Assembly (NCBI GenBank): GCA_039186435.1 | Contig: JBCDAA010000002.1 | Coordinates: 2,248-66,247 of the forward strand | DNA length: 64,000 nt | DNA from: Myxococcota bacterium | GTDB taxonomy: Bacteria > Myxococcota_A > Polyangia > Polyangiales > Houyiibacteriaceae | Direction of reading: 5' to 3' | Notes under the pieces: generated by a model | What the model was told of the DNA's origin: nothing | Databases searched by the model: none | What the model saw: the letters and a program-made list of their open reading frames with translations, nothing else | Position numbers and translations under genes: made by a program | Shown: positions 34,215-43,202 of the stretch, piece after piece | Numbering within the stretch: the stretch's first letter is position 1 | Layout of the letters: each line of letters opens with the position of its first letter

Positions 34215-35435
34215 GTGGACCTTCTCTTCGAGACCTGGGAGAGCCTGACGCGTCGACCGCTGCGTACGGCGACGACAGCGTTCGGCGTGTTCTGGGGCAT
34301 GCTCTTGCTCGTCGTGATGCTCGGCGCCGCTGAAGGGTTCCGCAACGGCGTCGACCGGCTCTTCCAGGACGATTCAGCTACATCGGTTTGGATTTCTGCC
34401 GGAGCGACGAGCCGATCCTTCGAGGGGATGCCCGCCGGTCGAACCATCGAGCTTACGATCGATGACGTCGATGCCATCGCGGCGAATCTCGAGGAGCTGC
34501 GGGACGTTTCACCGCGCTATCCCGTTCAAGCCACCGTGACGGCGCCGCGGACGGGTCGCACCGCCGGTCTTCCGGTCTACGCGATCGGGCCGGGTTACGG
34601 CGCCGTCGAGCGAACGCAGGTCTGGCGTGGGCGTCTGCTCAACGAACTCGACGAGGAGCGAGCGCGCAACGTCGTCATCGTGGGGCGGCGTGCGGCGGAG
34701 ATTCTCTTTGATCGCGCGGAGTCCGCTCTCGGGGAGTGGCTCGACGTGAGCGGCAATCGCTTTCGCATCGTCGGCGTATTCACGGACGCTGGTGGCGATG
34801 GCGAAATGCGGCGCGTCTTTCTTCCCTACGCGTCGCTTCCGCACACCTTCGATGCGAGCCGACGAACAAAACTGATTGTCGCGATGTCGGACCCCGAAGC
34901 ACGCCCTGCGCTGATTCGTGATCGCGTTCGTCGGCTGCTCGCGCGGCGTCATCGATTCGCTGCGGACGACCCAACGGCACTAGAGGTCGACATCGCGATG
35001 GAGCAGTGGGAGAAGTTCTCGGCGCTGATGACAGGGATCGAGCTTATGGTGCTCGTCATCGGCCTTGGAACGCTCCTCACCGCGACCTCGGGGGTCAGCA
35101 ATATTCTCCTTGTTTCGGTTCGAGAGCGGACCCGCGAGATTGGGCTTCGTCGCGCGCTGGGAGCGTCCGCGACGGAGATCTTCGCGATGGTGATCGCGGA
35201 GGCTGTCCTGATCGCGTCCGTCGCCGGAGCGCTAGGCGTCGGAGCGGGCCTGGCGTTGCTCAAGGCGATTCGAGATCTCGGTGTTCGCTCCGACTTTTTT
35301 GAGCGGCCAGCGGTCGATGCGCTCGCGATTTGGGCGCTGCTCGGCGTGCTCGTTGCGATTGGCGCCTTGGCTGGCGTCTTTCCCGCGCGTCAGGCCGTTC
35401 GATGGACTCCTGCGGAGGCGCTTCGTGACGAATAA
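34215..35435 (+). CDS. ABC transporter permease (MacB/FtsX-like)
   Basis: 406 aa with an N-terminal TM helix, a large periplasmic domain, and a C-terminal FtsX-like three-helix bundle (REIGLRRALGAS...). Confidence 0.85.
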   Translation: MDLLFETWESLTRRPLRTATTAFGVFWGMLLLVVMLGAAEGFRNGVDRLFQDDSATSVWISAGATSRSFEGMPAGRTIELTIDDVDAIAANLEELRDVSPRYPVQATVTAPRTGRTAGLPVYAIGPGYGAVERTQVWRGRLLNELDEERARNVVIVGRRAAEILFDRAESALGEWLDVSGNRFRIVGVFTDAGGDGEMRRVFLPYASLPHTFDASRRTKLIVAMSDPEARPALIRDRVRRLLARRHRFAADDPTALEVDIAMEQWEKFSALMTGIELMVLVIGLGTLLTATSGVSNILLVSVRERTREIGLRRALGASATEIFAMVIAEAVLIASVAGALGVGAGLALLKAIRDLGVRSDFFERPAVDALAIWALLGVLVAIGALAGVFPARQAVRWTPAEALRDE

Positions 35436-36528
35436 GACGCGCTGGCCGGGTCGATTGCTTCGCTTGGCGGTGGTGCTTCTCGCTGGCGCGGCGCTCGTCG
35501 GGTACGTCACCCGCGAGGAACCCGAGATCTTCAATGGGCCGACATCGATCGTTGCGCGGGGTGATCTCGTGGAGACGACCGTCGTCGTTGGGGAGATCGC
35601 GCCTCGGACCGAAGTGCACGTTCGACCCACCATCACCGGCATCCTTACCGAAATCACCGTTCAGGCCGGCGACCGCGTGTCCCAAGGGCAGCACGTCGCG
35701 ACGGTGGCCCCGGTCGCCGATCCGGTAAGCCTGTCCAACGCGCAAACGCGACTCGCGCGGGCCCGATTGCAAGCGACCGCAGCGGCGCGCGAAGCGGAAC
35801 GCCGAGGCCGTCGTAGCGCTGGAGGCGAGCTCGCCGTCTCGCGGCAGGAATTCGACCGCGCTCGCGACGACGTCGCTCTCGCGGAAGCGGAAGTCGCTGC
35901 CGCACAGCGCGAACTTCGTCTCATCGCCCGGGGAACAAGCCGGGCGAGTGGTCAGGCGTCGACACGGGTCATTTCCCCCATGGCCGGGACCGTGCTCGAC
36001 GTACCAGTGGTCATCGGAACGTTCGTCAGCGACACCAACTCGTTTCGGGACGGTACTTCAGTGGCTGTGGTCGCGGCGATGGATGACCTTCTCTTCAAAG
36101 GGCAGGTCGACGAAGCGCACGTCGGCTCGCTTGAGCTTGGCGCCACCATCGAGCTTCGGGTTGGGGCGCATCCCGAGGAGCGGATTCGCGCCCGTCTCGA
36201 GCACATCGCACCCCAAGCCACCCGCGACGTCGACTCGCGAGGCGTGACGACCTTCGAGATCTGGGCGGCGCTCGAGGCACCTTCGGTTTCCCTGCGTGCC
36301 GGCTACAGCGCGACCGCTGAGATCACGATCGACGAGCGCCGAGATGCGTTGCTGGTCGACGAAGGAACGCTCACGTTCGAAGACGGCAACGCGATGGTCG
36401 ATGTGCTTGCGGGTGGGACGCTCCACCGACGCGCCGTGGCGGTCGGCCTTTCCGATGGGGTTCGTATCGAGGTGCTCGACGGCCTCTCGGAAGGGGACGA
36501 GGTCGCGATTCGAACCACCCGCGAGTGA
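35425..36528 (+). CDS. efflux periplasmic adaptor (HlyD/MacA-like)
   Basis: GTG 35425 overlaps the permease end. Has a membrane anchor, a lipoyl-like GDRVSQGQHVATV segment, a coiled coil (LARARLQATAAAREAERR...), and a beta-barrel C-terminus. Confidence 0.8.
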   Translation: MTNKTRWPGRLLRLAVVLLAGAALVGYVTREEPEIFNGPTSIVARGDLVETTVVVGEIAPRTEVHVRPTITGILTEITVQAGDRVSQGQHVATVAPVADPVSLSNAQTRLARARLQATAAAREAERRGRRSAGGELAVSRQEFDRARDDVALAEAEVAAAQRELRLIARGTSRASGQASTRVISPMAGTVLDVPVVIGTFVSDTNSFRDGTSVAVVAAMDDLLFKGQVDEAHVGSLELGATIELRVGAHPEERIRARLEHIAPQATRDVDSRGVTTFEIWAALEAPSVSLRAGYSATAEITIDERRDALLVDEGTLTFEDGNAMVDVLAGGTLHRRAVAVGLSDGVRIEVLDGLSEGDEVAIRTTRE

Positions 36529-37752
36529 TCAGCGCAAACGAAAGCCGTTGAGAATGATCCCGGCTGTTTGAATCGCGCGCACCGGTCGGTCCCCGGAGAC
36601 GTCGAAGAGCCTACCGCCGGAGAAGTCCGCCCCGGGAGCGACAACGTAGGCGGTATCGTCGATCGTGAACGTGATCTGCGATGTCGAGAAGGGCTCGAGG
36701 TCCGTGAACACCTCCGCATCCTCGTCTCCGGCGAGGTCGAAGCGACCCCAGCGCCACATCGAGGTGCCGTTGAGTTCGCCGATCGTCAACGTCCCGTCCG
36801 GCACCAAGCTCTCATCGAGGACGCGCGTGAAGACGACGGTGCCCGTTCCTCCAAACATCGCAGCCGAAGGAACCCCACCGGTACGCTCGGAGAAGAGAAC
36901 GCGCTCCGCGATGTCATAGGACCCTGGGTCAAATCGCACGTAGCACTCCTCGCCGGCGCTCAGACCAGCGAGGCGGTTGGTTACCGAGGCAGTGTCGGAG
37001 GCCACGTAGATCGTACCGTCATCGAGCACTCGCGCGTAGGTGACGCCCTCGCAGTCCACGTCGATGACCTGCGAGATCGCTTCGGCTTCGGTGTCGATGA
37101 CCAGAACGCGCGAGAGTTCGTTGATCGACCCCGAGAACGACGCGTAGGTCACGGGGATGACCAGATCGTTCCCACGCCGTACGCCGCGGTTCACGAGCGG
37201 GATCCAGCCGGGGAGATCGAGCTGATCGAGGCTCTCCGTCCTGTCGATCACCATCTCCTCAGGATTCCAGAGGACCATTCGTCGGCTGAGGGTATCGAGA
37301 ACATACCCTCGGGTGGGCGACGTGAAGACGAGGTTTGCCGGGCTCGCCCGACTCGCGTCGACACTCGATCCAGCGAACGAGATTTCGCCGTCCTGACGCA
37401 AGACGCGGTCCTCGCTGATGCGCCATCGAGTCACCACAGGCGCCTGTCCGTTAGTCGTGAAGAAGGTTCCTGGTGTCGGGCCAGGCACCGCGATTCCGCC
37501 GCCTGGAACTTCGAGACCGATTGTGGGATCGACCTCGGTGTCCGCGTCGAGGGTTTCGACAAAGGAAAGCAAGCCGGTCTGTGGCGTTCCGGAAATGCGT
37601 GCGGAGATTGCAAAGTTCACCGGCGGAAGCATCGTGCCGCCAGCGTCGGTTCCGCTGTCCGTGTCACCGGCGTCGCTCGGACTGGCGGAGTCGTCGCCGC
37701 ACGCGATCGCAAAGAGCGTCGCGAGAACACACCAGAGCACCCTTGTTGTCAT
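36529..37752 (-). CDS. lipoprotein, paralog family member P3
   Basis: Lipobox TLFAIACGDD. Motifs are SPTRGYVLD...MVLWNPEEMVI, IDVDC and EECYVR. Its stop abuts the stop of the convergent adaptor gene with zero gap. Confidence 0.7.
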   Translation of the reverse strand: MTTRVLWCVLATLFAIACGDDSASPSDAGDTDSGTDAGGTMLPPVNFAISARISGTPQTGLLSFVETLDADTEVDPTIGLEVPGGGIAVPGPTPGTFFTTNGQAPVVTRWRISEDRVLRQDGEISFAGSSVDASRASPANLVFTSPTRGYVLDTLSRRMVLWNPEEMVIDRTESLDQLDLPGWIPLVNRGVRRGNDLVIPVTYASFSGSINELSRVLVIDTEAEAISQVIDVDCEGVTYARVLDDGTIYVASDTASVTNRLAGLSAGEECYVRFDPGSYDIAERVLFSERTGGVPSAAMFGGTGTVVFTRVLDESLVPDGTLTIGELNGTSMWRWGRFDLAGDEDAEVFTDLEPFSTSQITFTIDDTAYVVAPGADFSGGRLFDVSGDRPVRAIQTAGIILNGFRLR

Positions 37753-37836
37753 ACCGTCTTCTTAGTCCTGATGCGTAAGTACGCCAGCGTGGACTCCGGC
37801 GAAGAAAACGAGCCCAATCGGGGTGCTCGACTCAAC

Positions 37837-38265
37837 CTACGGAGCCGTGACGACTAGCTCTCCGCGCATCGCTACGAAGTGCCCGGGGAACGTACAGACA
37901 TAAGGATAGGTTCCCGGTTCCGGAGCGGTGAAGGTGACCTCGGTCGTTTCACCTCCTCCGACCAGCGACGTGTGGGCGATGATCGCGTCGCGCTGCGCGT
38001 CGGGAATGAAGTTGTTCGCTGCACCGGCTGCGGAAGCGGCGGCGGCGAAGGCGGGCACGTCGGTGTCTGGCTTCAAGATGACGACGTTGTGGCCCATGGC
38101 GGTCTTCGCCATTTGGCCGGTGTGACGAAGAGTGATCGTGACCTTCTGGCCGCTCACCGCCTCGATACGCGTGGTGTTGAAGGACATCTGATCCCCCGCC
38201 TGGAGCTCGACCGCGACATCCCCGCCGCAACCGAGCAGCACAACCAACCCAACGATATGTCTCAT
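37837..38265 (-). CDS. azu: azurin, lipoprotein form
   Basis: Lipobox VVLLGCGG, then QAGDQMSFNT..., GHNVV (His ligand) and YVCTFPGHFVAMRG (Cys-His-Met ligands). Collinear with classical azurin. Confidence 0.9.
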   Translation of the reverse strand: MRHIVGLVVLLGCGGDVAVELQAGDQMSFNTTRIEAVSGQKVTITLRHTGQMAKTAMGHNVVILKPDTDVPAFAAAASAAGAANNFIPDAQRDAIIAHTSLVGGGETTEVTFTAPEPGTYPYVCTFPGHFVAMRGELVVTAP

Positions 38266-38305
38266 GACTTTCGTTGTGCATTAATGACTTTGAATATCAA
38301 AGTCA
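38264..38305. promoter_or_regulatory. three overlapping TGACTTT(C/G)(G/A) half-sites including the 9-3-9 palindrome TGACTTTGA-ATA-TCAAAGTCA
   Basis: The palindrome at 38285-38305 has exact arms. AATGACTTTGAAT and ATGACTTTCG cores abut the azurin start codon. Confidence 0.55.
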
Positions 38306-38351
38306 GCAATTGAGAGAACGCACGAGAACGAGTGCGCGCGCCCTTCTATAT

Positions 38352-38370
38352 GATAATGAAAGTCATTAGC
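38352..38370. promoter_or_regulatory. Fur-like box GATAATGAAAGTCATTAGC (best match in window)
   Basis: 16/19 to GATAATGATAATCATTATC. Lies 14 nt upstream of the methyltransferase/ABC-exporter operon. Confidence 0.7.
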
Positions 38371-38383
38371 GATTGGAGCCGCA

Positions 38384-39211
38384 TTGAAAGACATCGCCGT
38401 CGAGCTTGGGCCCATTCAGGAGACCCTTCTGATCCCGCTTCTGGGACGCGCTGAGGAGACCCTCAAGAAGCGCGCTCTCCTCCGCGACCCGAAGGCCGTC
38501 GAGATCGTGGGTCGGCTCAACTATGACTTCTCGAAATGGCACGGCACTTCGAGCCTCGTTGGCGCATGCGTTCGGGCCCGTCTCTTTGACGCGATCGTCA
38601 TGTCGTTCCTCAAGGAGAACCCAGAGGGGACCGTCGTTGAAATCGGTGCGGGGCTAAACACGCGTTACGAGCGTCTCGACAACGGAACGGCCCGCTGGGT
38701 GGAGCTCGACCTTCCGGACAGCATGGCGCTTCGTCGTGAGTTCTTCGAGGATACCGAGCGCCGGACTCTCGTTACGGGAAGTGTTACCGACCCGGAATGG
38801 CATACGGCGGTCGGGGACGGTCCCGTCTGCTTCGTGTCGGAAGCGGTGTTGATCTACCTCGATGGGGACCAAGTTAAGGACGTCTTCGCGCAGCTGCTCG
38901 AACGCTTTTCGGGCGCGTGGGTTGTCATGGACACGGTGTCGTCCAAGATGGTGGACAGCCAAGCGAAGCACGACGCGATGCGCAAGCTTTCGGAGGAGAG
39001 CTGGTTTCGATGGAAGTGCGATGACCCGGCGAACCTCCACGAGTGGGGGCTGTGGCTGCAGCGGTCGCAAACGTTCCTCGATGCGTCAGACGAAATCGTC
39101 GAGGATATGCCGTGGGCGTATCAGATGATCACCCGATACGCGCCGTGGCTCATCCGTCGGCAGGTGAGCGGATATCGCATCAACCGTTTCGTACTTGGGC
39201 CGCCCGAGTGA
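38384..39211 (+). CDS. SAM-dependent methyltransferase, TcmP/LCM-like
   Basis: TTG start. Paralogous in layout to 18989-19801 (see that entry). Confidence 0.6.
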   Translation: MKDIAVELGPIQETLLIPLLGRAEETLKKRALLRDPKAVEIVGRLNYDFSKWHGTSSLVGACVRARLFDAIVMSFLKENPEGTVVEIGAGLNTRYERLDNGTARWVELDLPDSMALRREFFEDTERRTLVTGSVTDPEWHTAVGDGPVCFVSEAVLIYLDGDQVKDVFAQLLERFSGAWVVMDTVSSKMVDSQAKHDAMRKLSEESWFRWKCDDPANLHEWGLWLQRSQTFLDASDEIVEDMPWAYQMITRYAPWLIRRQVSGYRINRFVLGPPE

Positions 39212-40944
39212 AGCGGCTCCTCGCCTTCGTCCATAGCCCGTGGCTTGCGCTTGCGGTTGTGCTTCTGTGCTGCGCCGCACTCCTGGAGCTGACCCCTCAC
39301 GTGGTCGTCTACCTCGCAGCCGATGCACTTCTGCGCGACACACCGGCGATGGACCGCCTCCCGTGGCTTGCGGCGCTTGCGGTTGGTGGCGTGGTGCTTC
39401 GATATGTCTTCCTCGGCACAGGAACCGTTTTGAGCCACGCGACGGCGTTTCGAATGATGCGTCTAGCCCGGATCGCGATCGCCGAGAAACTCGCGCGGGT
39501 TCCGCTCGGGTTCTTCGGAACGCATTCGAGCGGGGACCTCAAGAAGACCACCGTCGACGATGTTGCGGCTCTCGAAGGCGTGTTTGCGCACAACCTTCCG
39601 GACCTTGCCTCTGCAGTGGTTGTCCCCGTCGCCGCGTTTGCGTGGCTTGCCCACGTTCTCGGGTGGGCAATGGCTCTCGTCAGTCTCGGTCTCGTGCCGA
39701 TCGCGTTCGCGGTTCAGGCCCGCGTGATGGGGTCGATGGGGGACGAGTTCAAGAAATGGCATGCTGCCGAAACGCGCGCGAACGAGTCGATCCTCGAGTT
39801 CCTTCGGGGCATCGCGGTTCTCAAGTCTTTTGATCGCGAAGCGCAGTCCCTCGAGCGAGTTCGCGATGGTGTCTACGGCATCCGTGACTACGCGACGGAA
39901 GTGACCGAGCGCATGATGACGGGCTATGCGCTTTTTGAGGTGCTCGTCTCGCACACGCTCCTCCTCGTGGTCCCGACGGCCGTTGCCGCGTATCTCGCCG
40001 GCTGGGTCGACGCGCCGGGTGTCGTGCTCTTCGTGGTTCTTGGCGCGGGAATGACCGCGCCCCTTTTGAAGCTGATGTTTCTCTTTGGTCGTGGCCACAT
40101 GACGAAACTCGGGGCGAAGCGAATTGTAGACGTGCTGGCCGCGGATGAGCTGACGGCGGGCGAGAGCGACGCCCCCAAGACGTTCGACATTGAAGTTCGC
40201 GGGGTGAGTTTTCGCTACGCGGAGGAGCGACCGAACGCCCTTGAGAACGTCAGCATCGTCGTCCCGGAGGGAACGGTGACCGCGATTGTGGGCCCGTCAG
40301 GATCGGGGAAGACCACGTTGGGTCGCATGCTGGTTCGAAGCACGGATCCCGATTCGGGAGCGATCGCGATCGGGGGCGTGGACCTCCGGGAGCTTCGCCC
40401 GGAACTCCTTACCACCCTCGTCGGTCGGGTCGAACAGGCGACGACGCTCTTCGTCGGGAGTGCACGAGAGAACCTTCTCCTCGCCAAGCCCGACGCGACC
40501 GACGATGAGCTTGAACGCGTGACGCGGGCCGCCAAGCTGCACGAGGTTCTCGCGCGACTTCCAAGCGGCTACGACACCGAACTTCAGGAGCGGGGCGGGC
40601 GGTTGTCTGGAGGGGAGCGACAGCGGCTTGGGATCGCGCGCGCGCTGCTTAAGGACGCGCCGGTGCTCCTCCTCGACGAGGTGACGTCCAACTTGGATGC
40701 CGAGACAGAGCACGCGGTTCAGCAGGGCATCAGCGCCCTCGCGGAGGGGCGGACGGTGATCGTGATCGCGCACCGACTCCGAAGCGTCGTTGGCTGCGAC
40801 CAAATTGTGGTTCTCGACGACGGTGCGGTCGTTGAGTCTGGAACGCACGAAGAGCTCCTCGCTCGCGACGGGCTCTACCGCGAGCTTTGGGACGCCCAAG
40901 AGTCGGCGCGTGACTGGACGCTTCGCGGGGGAGCGGCGCCTTGA
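39208..40944 (+). CDS. ABC exporter, fused permease/ATPase (half-transporter 1)
   Basis: GTG 39208 (GTGA overlap). Six-TM domain, then GPSGSGKTT, LSGGERQRLGIARAL and LLLDEVTSNLD. Confidence 0.85.
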   Translation: MKRLLAFVHSPWLALAVVLLCCAALLELTPHVVVYLAADALLRDTPAMDRLPWLAALAVGGVVLRYVFLGTGTVLSHATAFRMMRLARIAIAEKLARVPLGFFGTHSSGDLKKTTVDDVAALEGVFAHNLPDLASAVVVPVAAFAWLAHVLGWAMALVSLGLVPIAFAVQARVMGSMGDEFKKWHAAETRANESILEFLRGIAVLKSFDREAQSLERVRDGVYGIRDYATEVTERMMTGYALFEVLVSHTLLLVVPTAVAAYLAGWVDAPGVVLFVVLGAGMTAPLLKLMFLFGRGHMTKLGAKRIVDVLAADELTAGESDAPKTFDIEVRGVSFRYAEERPNALENVSIVVPEGTVTAIVGPSGSGKTTLGRMLVRSTDPDSGAIAIGGVDLRELRPELLTTLVGRVEQATTLFVGSARENLLLAKPDATDDELERVTRAAKLHEVLARLPSGYDTELQERGGRLSGGERQRLGIARALLKDAPVLLLDEVTSNLDAETEHAVQQGISALAEGRTVIVIAHRLRSVVGCDQIVVLDDGAVVESGTHEELLARDGLYRELWDAQESARDWTLRGGAAP

Positions 40945-42665
40945 TCGATCTTGGCTTTGACCTTGCCGGTCGCGTCGATCCCCGCATGCGCACTGGGTTG
41001 TGGCAGTCGGCCGTCGCCTCCGTCGCGGAGGTTGCGACCTATGCGCTCGCGTACGTCGTGCTCGAGAGCGTGCTTTCGGGGCAAAGGGTGGAACACATCC
41101 CGTGGATCGCTGCGGGGGCGATCCTTCTCGCCGTACTGGTGGGCTGGTTCTTCAAAGCGCGCGCTGGCCTCAACAACTTCGCGTCGACCTACAGTCTGGT
41201 GTGCGATGTACGGATGCGTCTCCTCGAGCATCTCCGCCGGCTGCCCATGGGCTTTTGGGCGTCCCGACGGGCCGGCGCAGTAAGCAGCATGCTTACGGAT
41301 GAGTTTGCGCTCTACACCGAGATCGCGACCCACGTTTGGGGGATGACGATTGCGCAGGCGACGTTTCCGGCGGTTCTTCTCGTCCTGCTCGCGATCGTGG
41401 ATTGGCGTCTCGCGATCGTTGCGGCGGCGCTCGTTCCTCTCGCTCTTCGAGCGGTTCCCTGGAGCCACCGCCTTCTCGATCGAGCCAGCGCGCGGCTTGC
41501 CAAAGTCCACGAAGAGTCTGTCGGTACGCTAGTCGAGTACGTGCAAGGGATCGAAACGCTACGTGAGTACGGAGCGGTCGGTTCTCAGCACCAAGCCCTG
41601 GAGGCATCTCAACGAGACCTGGAAAAGGAAATGATGCGGACCGAGCTCGCTCCGGCGCCCGCGATTCTGATGTACGCGTTTCTCGTTCACTTTGGCTTTG
41701 CGCTCGTTGTGGCGATCGGAGGCTGGCTGGTTGCGGAAGACGGACTTTCGCCGTTGACGCTTGTTCTCTTCCTCGTCGTCGGGCTCCGCTTCTTCGGATC
41801 CTTGGCCGATCTCTCCCTCTTCTTGGCGGAGGCGCGTTTTGCTTCACGGACTCTCCGGCGCCTACGCACGGTTGTTTCGACGGAAGCGCAGCACGATGTC
41901 GAAGTCGGGAACTCGCCGGTGGACGCGTCGCTCTCCGTCTCGGGTGTTCGTTTCGCCTACGAAGAAGGACGGCCGGTAATCGACGGGGTGGATGCCGAGT
42001 TCCGACCGGGGACACTCACAGCCCTCGTCGGTCCTTCCGGGTCGGGGAAGACCACCCTCGCGATGCTCTTGCCGCGGCTCTGGGACGCGGACGAGGGGAC
42101 GATCACCCTCGGTGGCGTGGATGTTCGCGACCTTCCGCTGCGTGAGCTGCAGTCGCATATCTCCGTTGTTTTTCAGGACGTGGTGCTCTTTCAGGGGACG
42201 GTCGAAGAGAACATTCGACTCGCTCGGCCGGGGGCGACCCGTGCCGAGGTTGTCGCCGCCGCAAAAGCAGCCAGGGCCGACGAGTTCATCGCTACTCTTC
42301 CGCTCGGGTACGACACTCTTCTCGGCGAGGGCGCGGAGGACCTTTCAGGCGGTCAGCGACAGCGCCTTTCGATCGCGCGTGCGCTCCTCAAGGACGCGCC
42401 GATTCTGATCCTCGACGAGGCGACTTCGGCAGTGGATCCGTACAACGAGCGTTTGATTCAGGAGGCGCTTGCGCGGCTCGTGAAGGGGCGAACCGTAATC
42501 GTCATCGCCCACCGCCTCGCGACGATTCAACACGCCGATCAGATTCTCGTGCTCGATGGTGGCCGCGTCGTTGAACGAGGCACGCACGACGACCTCCGGG
42601 CAGAGGACGGACTCTACGAGCGCTTGTGGGTGCGTCATCAGGAAGCCGCGCGCTGGCGGCTGTGA
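40941..42665 (+). CDS. ABC exporter, fused permease/ATPase (half-transporter 2)
   Basis: The start overlaps the upstream stop (TTGA; ATG 40986 is an alternative). Has GPSGSGKTT, LSGGQRQRLSIARAL and LILDEATSAVD. Confidence 0.85.
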   Translation: MIDLGFDLAGRVDPRMRTGLWQSAVASVAEVATYALAYVVLESVLSGQRVEHIPWIAAGAILLAVLVGWFFKARAGLNNFASTYSLVCDVRMRLLEHLRRLPMGFWASRRAGAVSSMLTDEFALYTEIATHVWGMTIAQATFPAVLLVLLAIVDWRLAIVAAALVPLALRAVPWSHRLLDRASARLAKVHEESVGTLVEYVQGIETLREYGAVGSQHQALEASQRDLEKEMMRTELAPAPAILMYAFLVHFGFALVVAIGGWLVAEDGLSPLTLVLFLVVGLRFFGSLADLSLFLAEARFASRTLRRLRTVVSTEAQHDVEVGNSPVDASLSVSGVRFAYEEGRPVIDGVDAEFRPGTLTALVGPSGSGKTTLAMLLPRLWDADEGTITLGGVDVRDLPLRELQSHISVVFQDVVLFQGTVEENIRLARPGATRAEVVAAAKAARADEFIATLPLGYDTLLGEGAEDLSGGQRQRLSIARALLKDAPILILDEATSAVDPYNERLIQEALARLVKGRTVIVIAHRLATIQHADQILVLDGGRVVERGTHDDLRAEDGLYERLWVRHQEAARWRL

Positions 42666-42685
42666 TGCGAGGGGACGCGTCCTAG

Positions 42686-42706
42686 AGAGGCGAACAGATC
42701 GCCTCT
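42686..42706. terminator. hairpin between convergent genes (AGAGGCG-N7-CGCCTCT)
   Basis: 7-bp stem and 7-nt loop in the 39-bp gap between the ABC exporter and the two-CxxC gene. No clear U-tract. Confidence 0.35.
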
Positions 42707-43115
42707 AGTTGAGGTGAACCTCGCGTTGAAGGCGAAGCTGTTGGAGGAGGGCGCGCACGAATTCGATCGCCCCGAATACGGAGCCCTCAAAGCAGGCGAC
42801 GCAAACTCCGTCGAGACGGTTCTGACGCGTGTCGAAGCCAACGGGAACGAGGGCTTCGAAGGAGCTGTGGGTACAGCGGATGCAGAACTCGTTTTTTTCC
42901 GGCCGGGCGAGGAGCGTGATGTCGCCGGCGCCGTGGATGCCGGTGGTGATGAGCGGCTTGACCACGGACTGAGGTTTGTTTCGGATCCACTCGCGATAGA
43001 GAAGCCGTATTGATTGGTCGGCCATCGCGTTTTGAAGGACGACTTCGGCGAGATTTCCGAGCAGGTACACCAACGTGTCCCGCGGGAAGCCGCCATCACT
43101 CCACTCTTCGGTCAT
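42705..43115 (-). CDS. hypothetical cytoplasmic protein with two CxxC motifs
   Basis: 136 aa. CIRC and CVAC lie ~26 residues apart. Preceded by a Fur-like box. No family recognised; any FhuF-like or metal-cluster idea is a guess. Confidence 0.5.
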   Translation of the reverse strand: MTEEWSDGGFPRDTLVYLLGNLAEVVLQNAMADQSIRLLYREWIRNKPQSVVKPLITTGIHGAGDITLLARPEKNEFCIRCTHSSFEALVPVGFDTRQNRLDGVCVACFEGSVFGAIEFVRALLQQLRLQREVHLN

Positions 43116-43136
43116 CACACCGCGAGGTTAGCATAT

Positions 43137-43155
43137 CGATAAGGATTTTCATATT
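43137..43155. promoter_or_regulatory. Fur-like box GATAAGGATTTTCATATTC
   Basis: 14/19 to the consensus. Lies ~20 nt upstream of the two-CxxC protein gene. Confidence 0.6.
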
Positions 43156-43202
43156 CGATAACGCGGATGGCTCTCTTGATGAAGCGATTTAAGTGTTTGA
43201 AA

